Assembly (NCBI GenBank): GCA_002269645.1
Contig: NIVC01001913.1
Location: 62,001 to 126,000, forward strand
Direction of reading: 5' to 3'
Source of the DNA: Macrostomum lignano
Taxonomy: Eukaryota
Length of the DNA: 64,000 nucleotides
Shown here one piece after another: positions 12,501-22,945 of this stretch. The notes beneath the pieces are model-generated. The model was not told the DNA's origin. It ran no database searches and was given only the letters and a program-made list of their open reading frames with translations. The position numbers and the translations under genes are program-made. The stretch's first letter is position 1; each line of letters begins with the position of its first letter.

Positions 12501-12725
12501 TGTGATCTATTCATAATTATCATCTGATTAGCAAAAATTCTATTAGAGCAATAAAATATTTTGTTTTAAAGTGTACCGAAACATATAGTGCCATACACAG
12601 CAAAGATAGGCACATGAATTTTAATGAGTGGGCTTTCCAAACTACAGAAAGGCAGTAGTTTAATGGCACATAGGTGCCGTCTTGTGGCAATTTTTTCCTC
12701 AATATCAGTGCCCAGCCTAACCATG
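9533..12725 (-). mobile_element. Chapaev-type DNA transposon (CMC/Transib/RAG-related), 3193 bp
   Basis: ~125-bp TIRs (9533-9657 vs 12601-12725) starting CACGG/CATGG; 4-bp TSD TGGG (9529-9532 and 12726-12729); single internal transposase ORF. Confidence 0.85.
10175..12217 (-). pseudogene. RAG1/Transib-related (Chapaev) transposase, ~680 codons with two in-frame stops
   Basis: ORFs 11834-12217, 11453-11776 and 10175-11443 are one reading frame broken only by TGA (11836-11834) and TAG (11455-11453). N-terminal H-x7-C-x2-C...P-x3-C-x2-C...CxCxxC zinc module; core GLDGGG, ADMKVANIICGLQPHSCTHPCPYC, ELHLLLG, EGNACRQLL, TPKVHVVFCH, SEQAVES. Confidence 0.88.
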
Positions 12726-15334
12726 TGGGCAAATAATTTAATGCAGTAAACTAGGAGCATACATGCGCAACTTTGGGATTCACTTGGCCATTTTTCACAG
12801 AATGCAGAATTTTCAGCGTTGTGAAATTTCAGTCTTATGAAATTAGCGACCCGTTTGAATGTTTTTTCACTGAGTCTTTCAATCAAGCAAATTGAATGTA
12901 CGAGCGTAGAAACCCATCAGGAAAAAGAAGCCTTACTGACTATTGTGTTGGTCTGCGTTGACGGCTTGACGCATTTGACGCAGGCATAGTACTATATCCT
13001 GCGTCAGTCACTGACACATAGGGGGGGGGTGTCACACAATAACAAAATACTCCCTATTAGACAGGACAAAAATGGTGATTTACATGTATCTGCAAGAAAT
13101 TAAAATTCCAATTATAAAAACAGTCTCATTCATTAATTATCCTCCCACGAGTGTAGCTGCTGAGCATGCATTTTCTGCCTCCGGAGTCTGGACCCTTTCT
13201 GATAAAGGTGCGCGCACGATTTGGTGATGCCATGTTGTCAAATACAGTTTTAAACAAACATTGCTTAAAGTTTTTACCCTTGCACCTTGAACATGTAGTC
13301 CATCCAAAGCTTTAATCAAAGTTTAAAAAATGCCACTTAGTGACTTAAGATCTAAGTTATAATCCCCGATAAGAAAATTCCCCAGGGAATCGACATCCCT
13401 ATGTATAACGATAACTTCTGGTAGTCCTTGGGTAGAATATCAAATAGAATCTTCTGGAATATTCTATACATTATAACTTGTAACTGAAATATATACATGT
13501 AATAGTTTGTGATGCGTTAAATAATGCTTAGAAAGGCAAAGTTATTTTATGTATGTATTAATTTTACTTTTTAATGGCATACAAGCTGTTGAAACCCGCA
13601 GATTTTGAACCTGGGGAACTCCATTTCCCGGAATTATTAACTTTTGTCATTTAACTTTAACTTACAGAAAAAATTAACAATTTTTGTAAACTAGTTAATA
13701 CATAAAAAATTTAATGAAAATTTAACAATTTTAAAAAAAAATTTAACTAGTTAATTAACTAGTTAACACCCAGCACTGTTAAATACCTGCTATGCTATTG
13801 GTTCTTAGCTATTGTGGTTATTTTGGCATACTCTAAGCTGGCAGTTCTACTTCTATGTAAAAGCCATGTAAATGTTATATATCCTTGTAACTATAGTACA
13901 CACATGGGACTTGCCTCAATTTAGCTATGATAGGCATTTGGCTTCATGCTGACTAGAAATCTAAAATATCTTTACCTTCAAGGCATTATCAAATATAAAT
14001 TTTTTCCTAATTTATTATAGCATTTTATAGATAGATATAATACCATTGCAACTTGACAGATATAATAGCATTGCAACTTTAGCTGCAAAAAAGCATAAAG
14101 GGACCTTGCTAATTACAATATATACCATATGCTTATAACTAATTGTGTCTAAAAAGAACAGATGATTATGATACTTATATATCATAAATTGTGATTATAT
14201 AACTTGGATTCAGGACATAATTTTTAAAAGCAAAAAATATCATTTCATAATTATGCCCACAACTTTAGCTTGTTTAATATATAGCCATAGAATGCCAAAA
14301 GTACATTTCCTAAATGTGTTTCAAAGTACATCAGGGATATAGACTAAATTTTTAAATTATTTATAGAATATATGGACTCTATTATATAATGTAAACAAAA
14401 AAGTATAGAGACTTCTTGTACAAACCTTGTTTTGATCTAAAAAAGTATTTGGGGCAAAAGGCAACATTATTTTTGCACTTATATGTACTAACTGGAATAT
14501 TAAAAAGATAGTTCAAGTTTAATAGATTATGTCAGGCATGAACTTTAAGGTATATGAAGGAGCAGGGGTCAAATTAAAACTTAGTAAAGAAGTATAGTTA
14601 GGATCAGCAATGAGAATACCATGCAGTTAGTTAAATTGTTGGCAGAACTTGGATAATACTATTATTTTGCACAGACTGATTTGTGCCTTTGTTAGGCCTC
14701 CTAAAGCCAAGTAAAATTTCTAGCACCTTAAGGACATTTTTTATATTTCTATTTGGATGCAGATTCAAGGCTAATCTTCAATCCATTAATTGGAATAATA
14801 GCTCTGGATAGTGTAGAAGTTAGTGAAGCTTAGATTTTGTCTTAGGTACCTGATCTGACAATCAATAAATAAGCTTGTGCACAAAGGCAAATGGCTTCTT
14901 TGGAGATGTGGCATGGTAAAAACATGGAGTGAAAAGGAAATGTTTAAAATTTCCTTGACTTCACTAAGAATTAACAGTTTAACAGAATAAACCTAAAGAC
15001 AATGTAGACAAAAGTTATAGATAATTCAAAGTCTATTCTCTTCAGAGAATTGAATAAAATCAAAATTTTATGTTTTTCGTTTTTATTTATTTTGGGCCAC
15101 CAGCTGGCTATGTCCACTTTTGTCTACCATGGGGCCACTGTTGATTTACAGTGTACCTAGCACTGACAGCCACTGAGATTTTGGGTGCATTTAGTAAATT
15201 AAAGAGAGACTTTAAGCGACATTGTCACACAACCAGCGAGAGGCATTACTGCCCATTCCACCGACTCCCCTGCACAAGCGCGCGCGGATACAGGAGTGTA
15301 CCGCGACCCAAAATTTATTTATAGTTGTTAGGCA

Positions 15335-15503
15335 TGTACACTACACTGTGACTTGTGGGTTGGCCCTCAAGGGCGTTTATTGCACGAGCAGAGCCAAGCC
15401 GAGATTCCAATTTAGCCGCAAATTAATGAAACTGCATTTGGGAATCGAGCCTGGGCCGCTGGCACATCAGAGCGCCGCGCAAAACCACTGAGCTACGCCC
15501 CCC
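15335..15503 (-). mobile_element. tRNA-derived SINE
   Basis: Reverse complement begins GGGGGCGTAGCTCAGTGG (A box) and has a B-box-like GGCTCGATTCCC; it does not fold as a complete tRNA. Confidence 0.55.
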
Positions 15504-15693
15504 ACACAATGCTTTGGTGATTAAGGTTTCTTTGTTCAATTTTCATTAGTTGACACTTTGACGTTTGAATTGCGTCCAATAGTATGCTTTGAATAGATTT
15601 TTAAATGCGTTTTTTCAGGGACTACCAGCCAGCCGAAATGCGTTCGCCACTTTGATTTAAATAACAGCCTTCGCCTTTCTTACACCTGTCGGC

Positions 15694-17787
15694 ATGTCTC
15701 GCTGGCAGGTTCGCCACAGCATGGCCGGCGCCTATCGTCGACAGTCGCCACCAGCGTCTAGTTCTGGCGGCGTCCGTCACAACGGTTACCATGGAGGGCG
15801 GGGACCCGACCAGCAGGCCCGGCATTATCAGCGTCGCTATGACTACAAAGAATCATATTATAACGAAGGCGACACGGACGGCTATAGGCAGAATGGTGGC
15901 CGGGTTGTCAGCCACGTGCCCTGGCGCGACTACGCCTATTCGAATCTGTACGATTCGTTCGATTCCGCCTACTCGTCTACTGGCCGAGACCCTGGCTATC
16001 CGGCGTCCGAAGCATCCACATCAGGGCCAGCCGGAGTTGTTAATAACAATCATCGAAATTCGAATCGATCGAATTATAGTACTAACTATTGGCGAGGAGG
16101 AGGCGTCGGTGGCGATTGGGCCGAGCCGCGTCGGCAGGACCACCGCTGGGACTCCGGCGGCAGTAGCCGGTACGCCACCTATGCGGCGGCGGCGGCGACG
16201 TCGTCATCTCGTTACGCGACGTCGTCTTTGTCGACGTCGGCTTCTCACTGCGCCAGCGGAGGCGGCCGGGCGCGCATGGGGGTGTCGGCAGCGTCTGGCG
16301 GCGGCGGCGGATGCCTCTTAGAAACGCCGAAGTGCAACGTCGGTAGCGCCGTCAGACGGCGCCCAGTGGCTCGACCGAAACGATTGCAGGCGCCTCCGCT
16401 GCCATCGCCCATCGGGTCGGACGTGACCACCCCGACCGGGCAGTACGCCTGCCGGCTGTGCAAGTTCGGCACAGACGATGTCTACTCTTTGTACGTCCAC
16501 GCCAACACTGGCGACCACATTGGCCGGGCTGTTCAAGATCCCGCCCAGTCGCTCTGCTGCCGACCGTGCAATCTGTTTGCCAGCGACATCAACGACATGC
16601 TTTTTCATCACAAGCTGCACGAGAACAGGCCGGAGGCTGCCTCCTCCGATGCATCTGAAGCTTCGTCTGCCATTGCACCATCGGATGAACATCAGCCTTC
16701 TACTGCTACTGCTGCAGCTCCTGCCGCTCGGCCGCCTTCGCCCGCGTGTCCTCCGGCAGCGTCAGCCTCGCCACCTCCTCCTCCTCCTCCGCCGCCGCCT
16801 CAGCGTCCCGTGAAGCTGAAAATCCGCTGCCTACCCTGCCGGCAAGCTTTCACTCGCCAACCGGAAGCGCTGGCACATTTTCGCAATCAAGCCTGCCAGC
16901 GGCAGTGCGAGCAGTGGTGGCGCAGCCAGACCGCGTCAGGCGGCCAGCCACAGTCATTCTTTGTTGTCCAATGCCGCGGCTGCTCGGAGAAGCCGACTTA
17001 CCCGGCTTTCGGCGCCGAACTGGAGCAGCACATCGCTACGAAGCATCCAGCCCAGCAGCCGGTGACTCCCTGCTCCGAGCTGCTCGAACATCTGGCCAAA
17101 GTGAAATCGGCGCTAATTCGCGACCACCAGTCCGCTTCGACCACAGCAGTGCCGCAGAAACCGCGCCAGATGGCTAGAAAGTCGGTGCCGCGCGGCGGCA
17201 AGCGGCCCCGCTCCACTGCAGGCCCCGCGGCGGCAAAGGCCGCTGCAAAATCCGGCGCGGCGAAAGCAACACCTGCTAATTGCAAGCTGGCTAAGCGAGC
17301 CCGCATGGCCGTCCAGACCGATGACGCGCCAATTGTCGGCTCCTCCTGTCTGATGGCGCCTGGCTATCGGCCTCTGCTTTTTACAGCCGCTGGTGCTGGC
17401 GCCGGCGCTGTCGCTCGAGACGCCGCGATCGCCTGCGCTCAGCTGGACGCGTCCGGCCGGTTGGCTTTGGTTGGGCCGGCTGGCAACGGCCATTCTGGCC
17501 TGGCCTGCTTAGCCTGCGGCAAGGTCTGCCCCGACCCCGCCCAGTTCTGGGCGCACGCGTCCGACTGTCAGAAAAAACTCCTTAGCGGCGCGGTTGCCTC
17601 CGCTGGCGCCGCCAAACAGTCCGGCGTATGTCCGCTTTGCAGCCTTGAGGTGGCCGATCTCAACGCTCACACGGTTCGGCACAGGCGCCGGATGCTGCCG
17701 GCCAGCTGGCACCCGGGGCCTGAGCCCCAGCCCGTGGCAGACCGTCAGGTTCCCCCCGCTTCTCCTGCCACTGATTTAGTTGTATAA
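15694..17787 (+). CDS. Intronless multi-zinc-finger protein (C2H2/C2HC, 697 aa) with RG/YS-rich N-terminus and Pro-rich linker
   Basis: Continuous GC-rich ORF with about six fingers, e.g. CRLCKFGTDDVYSLYVHANTGDH, CRPCNLFASDINDMLFHHKLH, CLPCRQAFTRQPEALAH, CRGC...EQHIATKH, CLACGKVCPDPAQFWAHASDC, CPLCSLEVADLNAHTVRH. Confidence 0.85.
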   Translation: MSRWQVRHSMAGAYRRQSPPASSSGGVRHNGYHGGRGPDQQARHYQRRYDYKESYYNEGDTDGYRQNGGRVVSHVPWRDYAYSNLYDSFDSAYSSTGRDPGYPASEASTSGPAGVVNNNHRNSNRSNYSTNYWRGGGVGGDWAEPRRQDHRWDSGGSSRYATYAAAAATSSSRYATSSLSTSASHCASGGGRARMGVSAASGGGGGCLLETPKCNVGSAVRRRPVARPKRLQAPPLPSPIGSDVTTPTGQYACRLCKFGTDDVYSLYVHANTGDHIGRAVQDPAQSLCCRPCNLFASDINDMLFHHKLHENRPEAASSDASEASSAIAPSDEHQPSTATAAAPAARPPSPACPPAASASPPPPPPPPPPQRPVKLKIRCLPCRQAFTRQPEALAHFRNQACQRQCEQWWRSQTASGGQPQSFFVVQCRGCSEKPTYPAFGAELEQHIATKHPAQQPVTPCSELLEHLAKVKSALIRDHQSASTTAVPQKPRQMARKSVPRGGKRPRSTAGPAAAKAAAKSGAAKATPANCKLAKRARMAVQTDDAPIVGSSCLMAPGYRPLLFTAAGAGAGAVARDAAIACAQLDASGRLALVGPAGNGHSGLACLACGKVCPDPAQFWAHASDCQKKLLSGAVASAGAAKQSGVCPLCSLEVADLNAHTVRHRRRMLPASWHPGPEPQPVADRQVPPASPATDLVV

Positions 17788-17959
17788 CTTTTATTCAAGG
17801 ACAATCCTGTATTGTCTTAGTTGTTCCTGTTCTGTCTCTGGAATTCGAAGTTGTTGTTTTTTTAGCATTCGGTGCTCAAACAGAATCGCCTTCTATTCCG
17901 CCTCACTGGGCGATTCCAACTCTTTCTTTCTCACTCGGTCGCTTCTCTCAGGATCTCTC

Positions 17960-17966
17960 CATATCA

Positions 17967-18024
<58 letters not shown>

Positions 18025-18345
18025 TCTCTGTACTCTTTTGTCTTCTTCTCGCTCATTCTCATTACTCTAACTTTCTTTTCTCCCGGACTCATCTTGCTCT
18101 CTCACCTCCCTCTCTCATCTCCCTCTCATCTCCCTCTCATCTCTCATCTCTCTCTGTCTCTCTCTTTTCTCTATCTCTCTCATCTCCCTCTTATCTCTCA
18201 TCTCTCTTTCATTTCTCTCACCTTTCTCTCATCTCCCTCTCAACTGCCTCTCATCTCTCTTACCCCTCATCTCCCTCTCATCTCTCATGTCTCTCGTATC
18301 TCCCTCTCTTATCTCTTTCATTTCCCTCTCATGTCCCCTCTGTCT
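17960..18345. repeat. (CT)n microsatellite and polypyrimidine tract
   Basis: Directly visible. Confidence 0.9.
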
Positions 18346-18799
18346 ACGTTTACTACAATTCTCGCGGATAGCTACTCATGCATCAGGGATCGAAGCGACT
18401 ATAATAGTAGGCAAAAATCGAATGTGTAATAAATGAACTCTGTCGTGAGTAGATCATGCTATAGAGTGCAAATACAGTAATAGTCTAACAAAATCCTTTC
18501 TCTAGAGTTACCATCTTTCTGGTTTTGTCTTGCGTTGCTTCTGTTAGAATCTTACTCTGCGTTTGTGTTGCTTTTACTAATTAAAGTTGACTTTTTGAGT
18601 ATGTACTTAAAACTACAGATAGTTTATAAACTGTCCAATATTTACAGGTCTTAATTTGGCCTGGCTCATTCTGCTTTGTTAGTTAAAGCGTTAGTTCTGT
18701 TCCGTGCCAATTAGTAATAAAAATTCTGCTCCGTCACTGTTCTGTGACAGTTGCTTTTCTTGTTGTTGCTTCACTTAATTTCAATCGATTAGGGTCTAC

Positions 18800-19257
18800 C
18801 AAAGATACAAGAATAACTAGATGGGTCACTCAGGCATAAATACTTAGTAAATCAGCTTTCTACTTTCAGTTCACTAGCAAAGAAGAATACGAGCTACATA
18901 AGCTATTTTATAAGAATAAAGCCAGCTGAAACGACTTTGATAAGTTTAGAAGCCCAAGCTTGCAGGTGTAAACAGCTTGCTAATTGGTTCAGCAATAATG
19001 TACATTGGCCAGTCCACTGAAATGTACATGGCAGCTTTAGGCTGGAATTCCGAGAAAGGCAATAAAAATTAGGGCGGGACTAGGTAGGTAGTGTGGAAAG
19101 GCGCGGTTGGAGGGTTTAAACTGGGGGTAAGAGCCAATTAAAATGAGCCTTGAATTTAAGAATACATTAAAATGCTTCAGTTTAACTTGCTACTGACCTG
19201 AAAGTAGTTTACTCGCAAATGTGCGGAGTGGCCCATCTAGTTCTTCTAGTATCTGTG
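18800..19257. mobile_element. MITE with CA(C/A)AGATAC...GTATCTGTG termini, 8-bp TSD (P- or hAT-type)
   Basis: TIR cacagatac-tagaataactagatgggccactcag; TSD gggtctac/gagtctac; further copies at 28246 and 36518. Confidence 0.8.
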
Positions 19258-20284
19258 GAGTCTACAAATAGATCAGTGCTCAGTACAGAGTAATCCACAT
19301 GAAGTAATTAACGCTATTAACTACGTGTTTATTGTTTATTGTACAGCTTCTGTACAGTAACAGGTAGGCAGCTGCTTTACCAGTGCGTGTTTTTACCAGC
19401 CTCTTTTAACTTCGTTCATTCTTTGTTTTTTTTCTCTCTAGGGAGTTTCTTGTTCTACTTGTTTTGTACCTTTGCCTTGTGTCTTCTCGAATACAATAAT
19501 TTATAACAAAGTTCCAGCATTCTCAGAGTTGTACCTACAATAAAAGCATTAAGCGCATCATAGTAGTTCAATAGTTCATTATTATAAATATGAATTGCTA
19601 TTAAAAATTCTGCCAAATTTAAATTATAAAATTTGTATTTCAAGCGCATTAGCGTTGAAATCAGTGTGTTGTAATGCGTTCTACTCTTAATAGAGTAGCG
19701 TGTGTTTTAGCTTTTAACACGTGTTATAATATCCATTTTGGCTGTCTAACGAGGAAATATAAGAAGTCAAATAATACTTATTGCGTGGCATATAATTTGT
19801 TAATTGCCGTGAAGATAGCCCATTTTTTACTTTTAAATGAACGCAGAAAATATTTCATGCTTTTTTGCTTCTGTTATTCTGCAAACTTTCATGTATGTGT
19901 GGAATTTCGGGGTTGAAGGTGACACAAGCAGATCTCTGCAACTTGCAACAATCGGTGTCCCTTTTTTAAGTGAAGGCCCAGATCAGTATTTTTGGCCCGA
20001 TATAGCCCCTTTTTCGGAAAATGTGATCCTGCAAAAGTTCGGGGAAAAGCAAGCTGTTCCGGCTGGATTTTCCAAAAATTCTCACCTGGAACAGCTGCTG
20101 AATTCTGATTGTAGACCCAAATTTCAGTAGGTTTTCCGGATGAAAATGTTCTGGGTGAGATTTTGGGATTTCAGTCGGAATTCCTCAGTGATCTGGACCA
20201 AGTGATACGGAAAATTAAATCTACACTGATCAGCTCCCATTGACCAGAATCTCGATGAAGTTAGGGATAAGACTGGTTTTCGTG

Positions 20285-20905
20285 GCTGTTGTGGCTCAAG
20301 GCAGTTGCTATGCTGACCTGCGATGGATAATCAATCCTCGCTTCTGTTGTGGTTCAAGGCAGCTGCTATGCTGACCTGCGATGGATAATCAATCCTCGCT
20401 TCTGTTGTGGCTCAAGGCAGCTGCTATGCTGACCTGCGATGGATAATCAATCCTCGCTTCTGTTGTGGCTCAAGGCAGTTGCTATGCTGACCTGCGATGG
20501 ATAATCAATCCTCGCTTCTGTTGTGGCTCAAGGCAGCTGCTATGCTGACCTGCGATGGATAATCAATCCTCGCTTCTGTTGTGGCTCAAGGCAGCTGCTA
20601 TGCTGACCTGCGATGGATAATCAATCCTCGCTTCTGTTGTGGCTCAAGGCAGCTGGTATGCTGACCTGCGATGGATAATCAATCCTCGCTTCTGTTGTGG
20701 CTCAAGGCAGCTGGTATGCTGACCTGCGATGGATAATCAATCCTCGCTTCTGTTGTGGCTCAAGGCAGCTGGTATGCTGACCTGCGATGGATAATCAATC
20801 CTCGCTTCTGTTGTGGCTCAAGGCAGTTGCTATGCTGACCTGCGATGGATAATCAATCCTCGCTTCTGTTGTGGCTCAAGGCAGCTGCTAGGCTGACCTG
20901 CGAGG
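20285..20905. repeat. 58-bp tandem array (~10.5 copies)
   Basis: Unit gctgacctgcgatggataatcaatcctcgcttctgttgtggctcaaggcagctgctat; a single related monomer lies at ~21949-22007. Confidence 0.95.
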
Positions 20906-21056
20906 GTTAAAGTGCCATATATCAGCAAACGCTAGCGCTCGTAATGTGAGGCCGCGCCCACCCTCCCTGCAGGTGATAGCTTTGTTGGCTCTCCGACAAA
21001 CTATTGCATTCTTATTGTGCTAGAGAGGTTGATCTAGACTCCCAATGGAATTTATA

Positions 21057-21680
21057 CTCAGCAACAGTCAAAAGTTCCACCCTCCAAGCGAGATGAAAAT
21101 TTTCTCACTTATTGCGACAACTTCTCACTCATCACAATTCAACCCTCAAGTTCGCAACTAAGCAGCCGCGAGGAAGGGAAAGTTGATCGAATCTAACGTC
21201 AGTCGCACAAAATCATAAGTTTATTTTCTATGCAATATAAGCAGTTATAATTGCGATGCTTAATAACGCGTGTGGGATCCCCTCGCACGCAGAAGTGCGG
21301 CGACTCTGCGGGGCATCCTCAGGATGAGGCGGCGCAGAAAGTCCTGGAGAAGCTGCTGCCAAGCGTTTTCAATGGCATGACGCAGCTCCGCAACATTCTG
21401 TGGTGGATTCTCTTTTCGAATGCTGCGTTTTAGAAAGTCCCACGAGACATGCTCGATGGGATTCATGTCTGGGGACCGGGAAGGCCAGCGCAGAGTGCTC
21501 AGCTGTAGCTGTTCTTTTAGTTGACTAACAGCATCGGCTCGGTGTGGTGGCGTGTTATTCATTTTATCCTGGTCAACTCAAGTAGCAATAGGACTCGCGC
21601 CTGTCGTAAGTTGCGTCACTCGAAAAGTGAGAAAATTCATCTCGCTTAGAGGGTGGAACTTTTGACTGTTGCTGACTGAG
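21057..21680 (-). mobile_element. Non-autonomous Tc1-like element with transposase C-terminal remnant (21260-21562)
   Basis: TIRs ctcag(tcag)caacagtcaaaagttccaccct flanked by TA; remnant WPSRSPDMNPIEHVSWDFLKR...MPRRVAALLRARGSHTRY. Confidence 0.88.
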
Positions 21681-22699
21681 TATATTCTGTCGCGGCTACT
21701 TAGTGTATCAGATTACCCTATTGTCTGGTGCAGCTGGGTGTCTAGATGGAGCTGTGGCATGGTTCCAAAAGCTCCTACTGGCCCAGTGTCTAAGGTAGCC
21801 TTTTCTTTTTTAAGACAGACGTTATTCTAGCTCTTGCTAGAGCATGCTCCATTGGGTTGTATAAAGCGTCTGCAGTGTTGGTGTATGGCCACCAGTGAGG
21901 GAACCCCGCTTCAACCGATGAATCAGAGTTGAGCAGTTGACTGAAAATGCTGACCTGCGAGGGGTAATCAATCCTCGCGTCTGTTGTGGCTCAAGGCAGC
22001 TGCTAAGTGTAGTCACATTTTTTTGACTACGCGGGTCAATCTTTAATCCGAGGGGTAATAAAGCCTCGAAATTGCAAGGTGAATTGATCTGCTTTTCGGA
22101 GGCACTGTAGCGTCCGTAATGTGAGGCTGTGCCCATCCTCCGTACAGGTGACAATTGAAAAATTGTTGCGCCCTGATTGTGTGTGAGAGGATTGACTTCC
22201 ACTAGCATGTAGTCTATCACAGCTGCTTAGTGTGTCAACGGGCTGAATGATTCTATCGTCATATTTGACGCTTAGAAGCATAAAATCAGCCAACCATATT
22301 GTTTGGCACAGCTGGGTGTCTAGACGGAGACTGTGGCATGGTTCCAAATAGCTCTAACTGGCCGAGTATGCAAAGCAGCTTTCCTATTAAGATAGACGCT
22401 AACCCGATTTTTGTCGGTGCATGCTCCATTGGTTTGTCTAAGGCGTTTGCAGTTGCACCAGCCGTGAGCAGAACAAGTCAAGAGAGTAGTCGTTACAGAC
22501 TACAAGTGTCGGTAATCTTGTCAGCCACTTGTTTCCAGAGGGTGTCACTGCTTCGAATGACACAGTTGATGACGCCGTTGGACGATCGTCCATCGCACTA
22601 GCGACATCTGCAACGCCAAGTCGGTTGGATATTACCGTTGGTACGCGAGATTGCGAAGACAATCATGTAAGAGTTTCCAGCGCAGTCGGCATTTCGTGG

Positions 22700-22945
22700 G
22701 GATGTTTCCCTGCAGGATTCGCATGAATTACCCGACTGTTACCTGGTCAGCGAATCCTGTTTGTCAGACAGGATAATAAACAGGATAACACGATGTTTCC
22801 CTGCAGGATTCGCATGAATTACCCGACTGTTACCTGGTCAGCAAATCTGTTTGTCAGACAGGATATCACGATGTTTCCCTGCAGGATTCGCATGAATTAC
22901 CGACTGTTACCTGGTCAGCAAATCTGTTTGTCAGACAGGATAACA
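22700..22945. repeat. Three tandem copies of an ~80-bp unit
   Basis: gtttccctgcaggattcgcatgaattaccgactgttacctggtcagc...gtcagacaggata occurs three times. Confidence 0.85.

Noticed and set aside
9533-12725. ProtoRAG / RAG1-RAG2 transposon
   Set aside because: No convergent RAG2-like kelch ORF, symmetric TIRs and a 4-bp rather than 5-bp TSD.
13137-13400. LINE/Helentron endonuclease fragment (FLIGDYNLDL on the minus strand)
   Set aside because: A single short motif amid stops; insufficient to call.
15440-15503. tRNA genes (also at 1011, ~5900, 26100-26185, 33180-33245)
   Set aside because: A/B boxes are present but there is no coherent cloverleaf, and they run into SINE bodies or are decayed.
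16245-17779. Overlapping antisense and alternate-frame ORFs over GC-rich genes (also 25045-25781, 39722-41254)
   Set aside because: Expected shadow ORFs of GC-rich coding sequence, with no domain motifs.
20285-20905. CRISPR-like array (also the 37-, 40- and 44-bp arrays)
   Set aside because: Units are contiguous with no unique spacers, there are no cas genes, and the context is eukaryotic.
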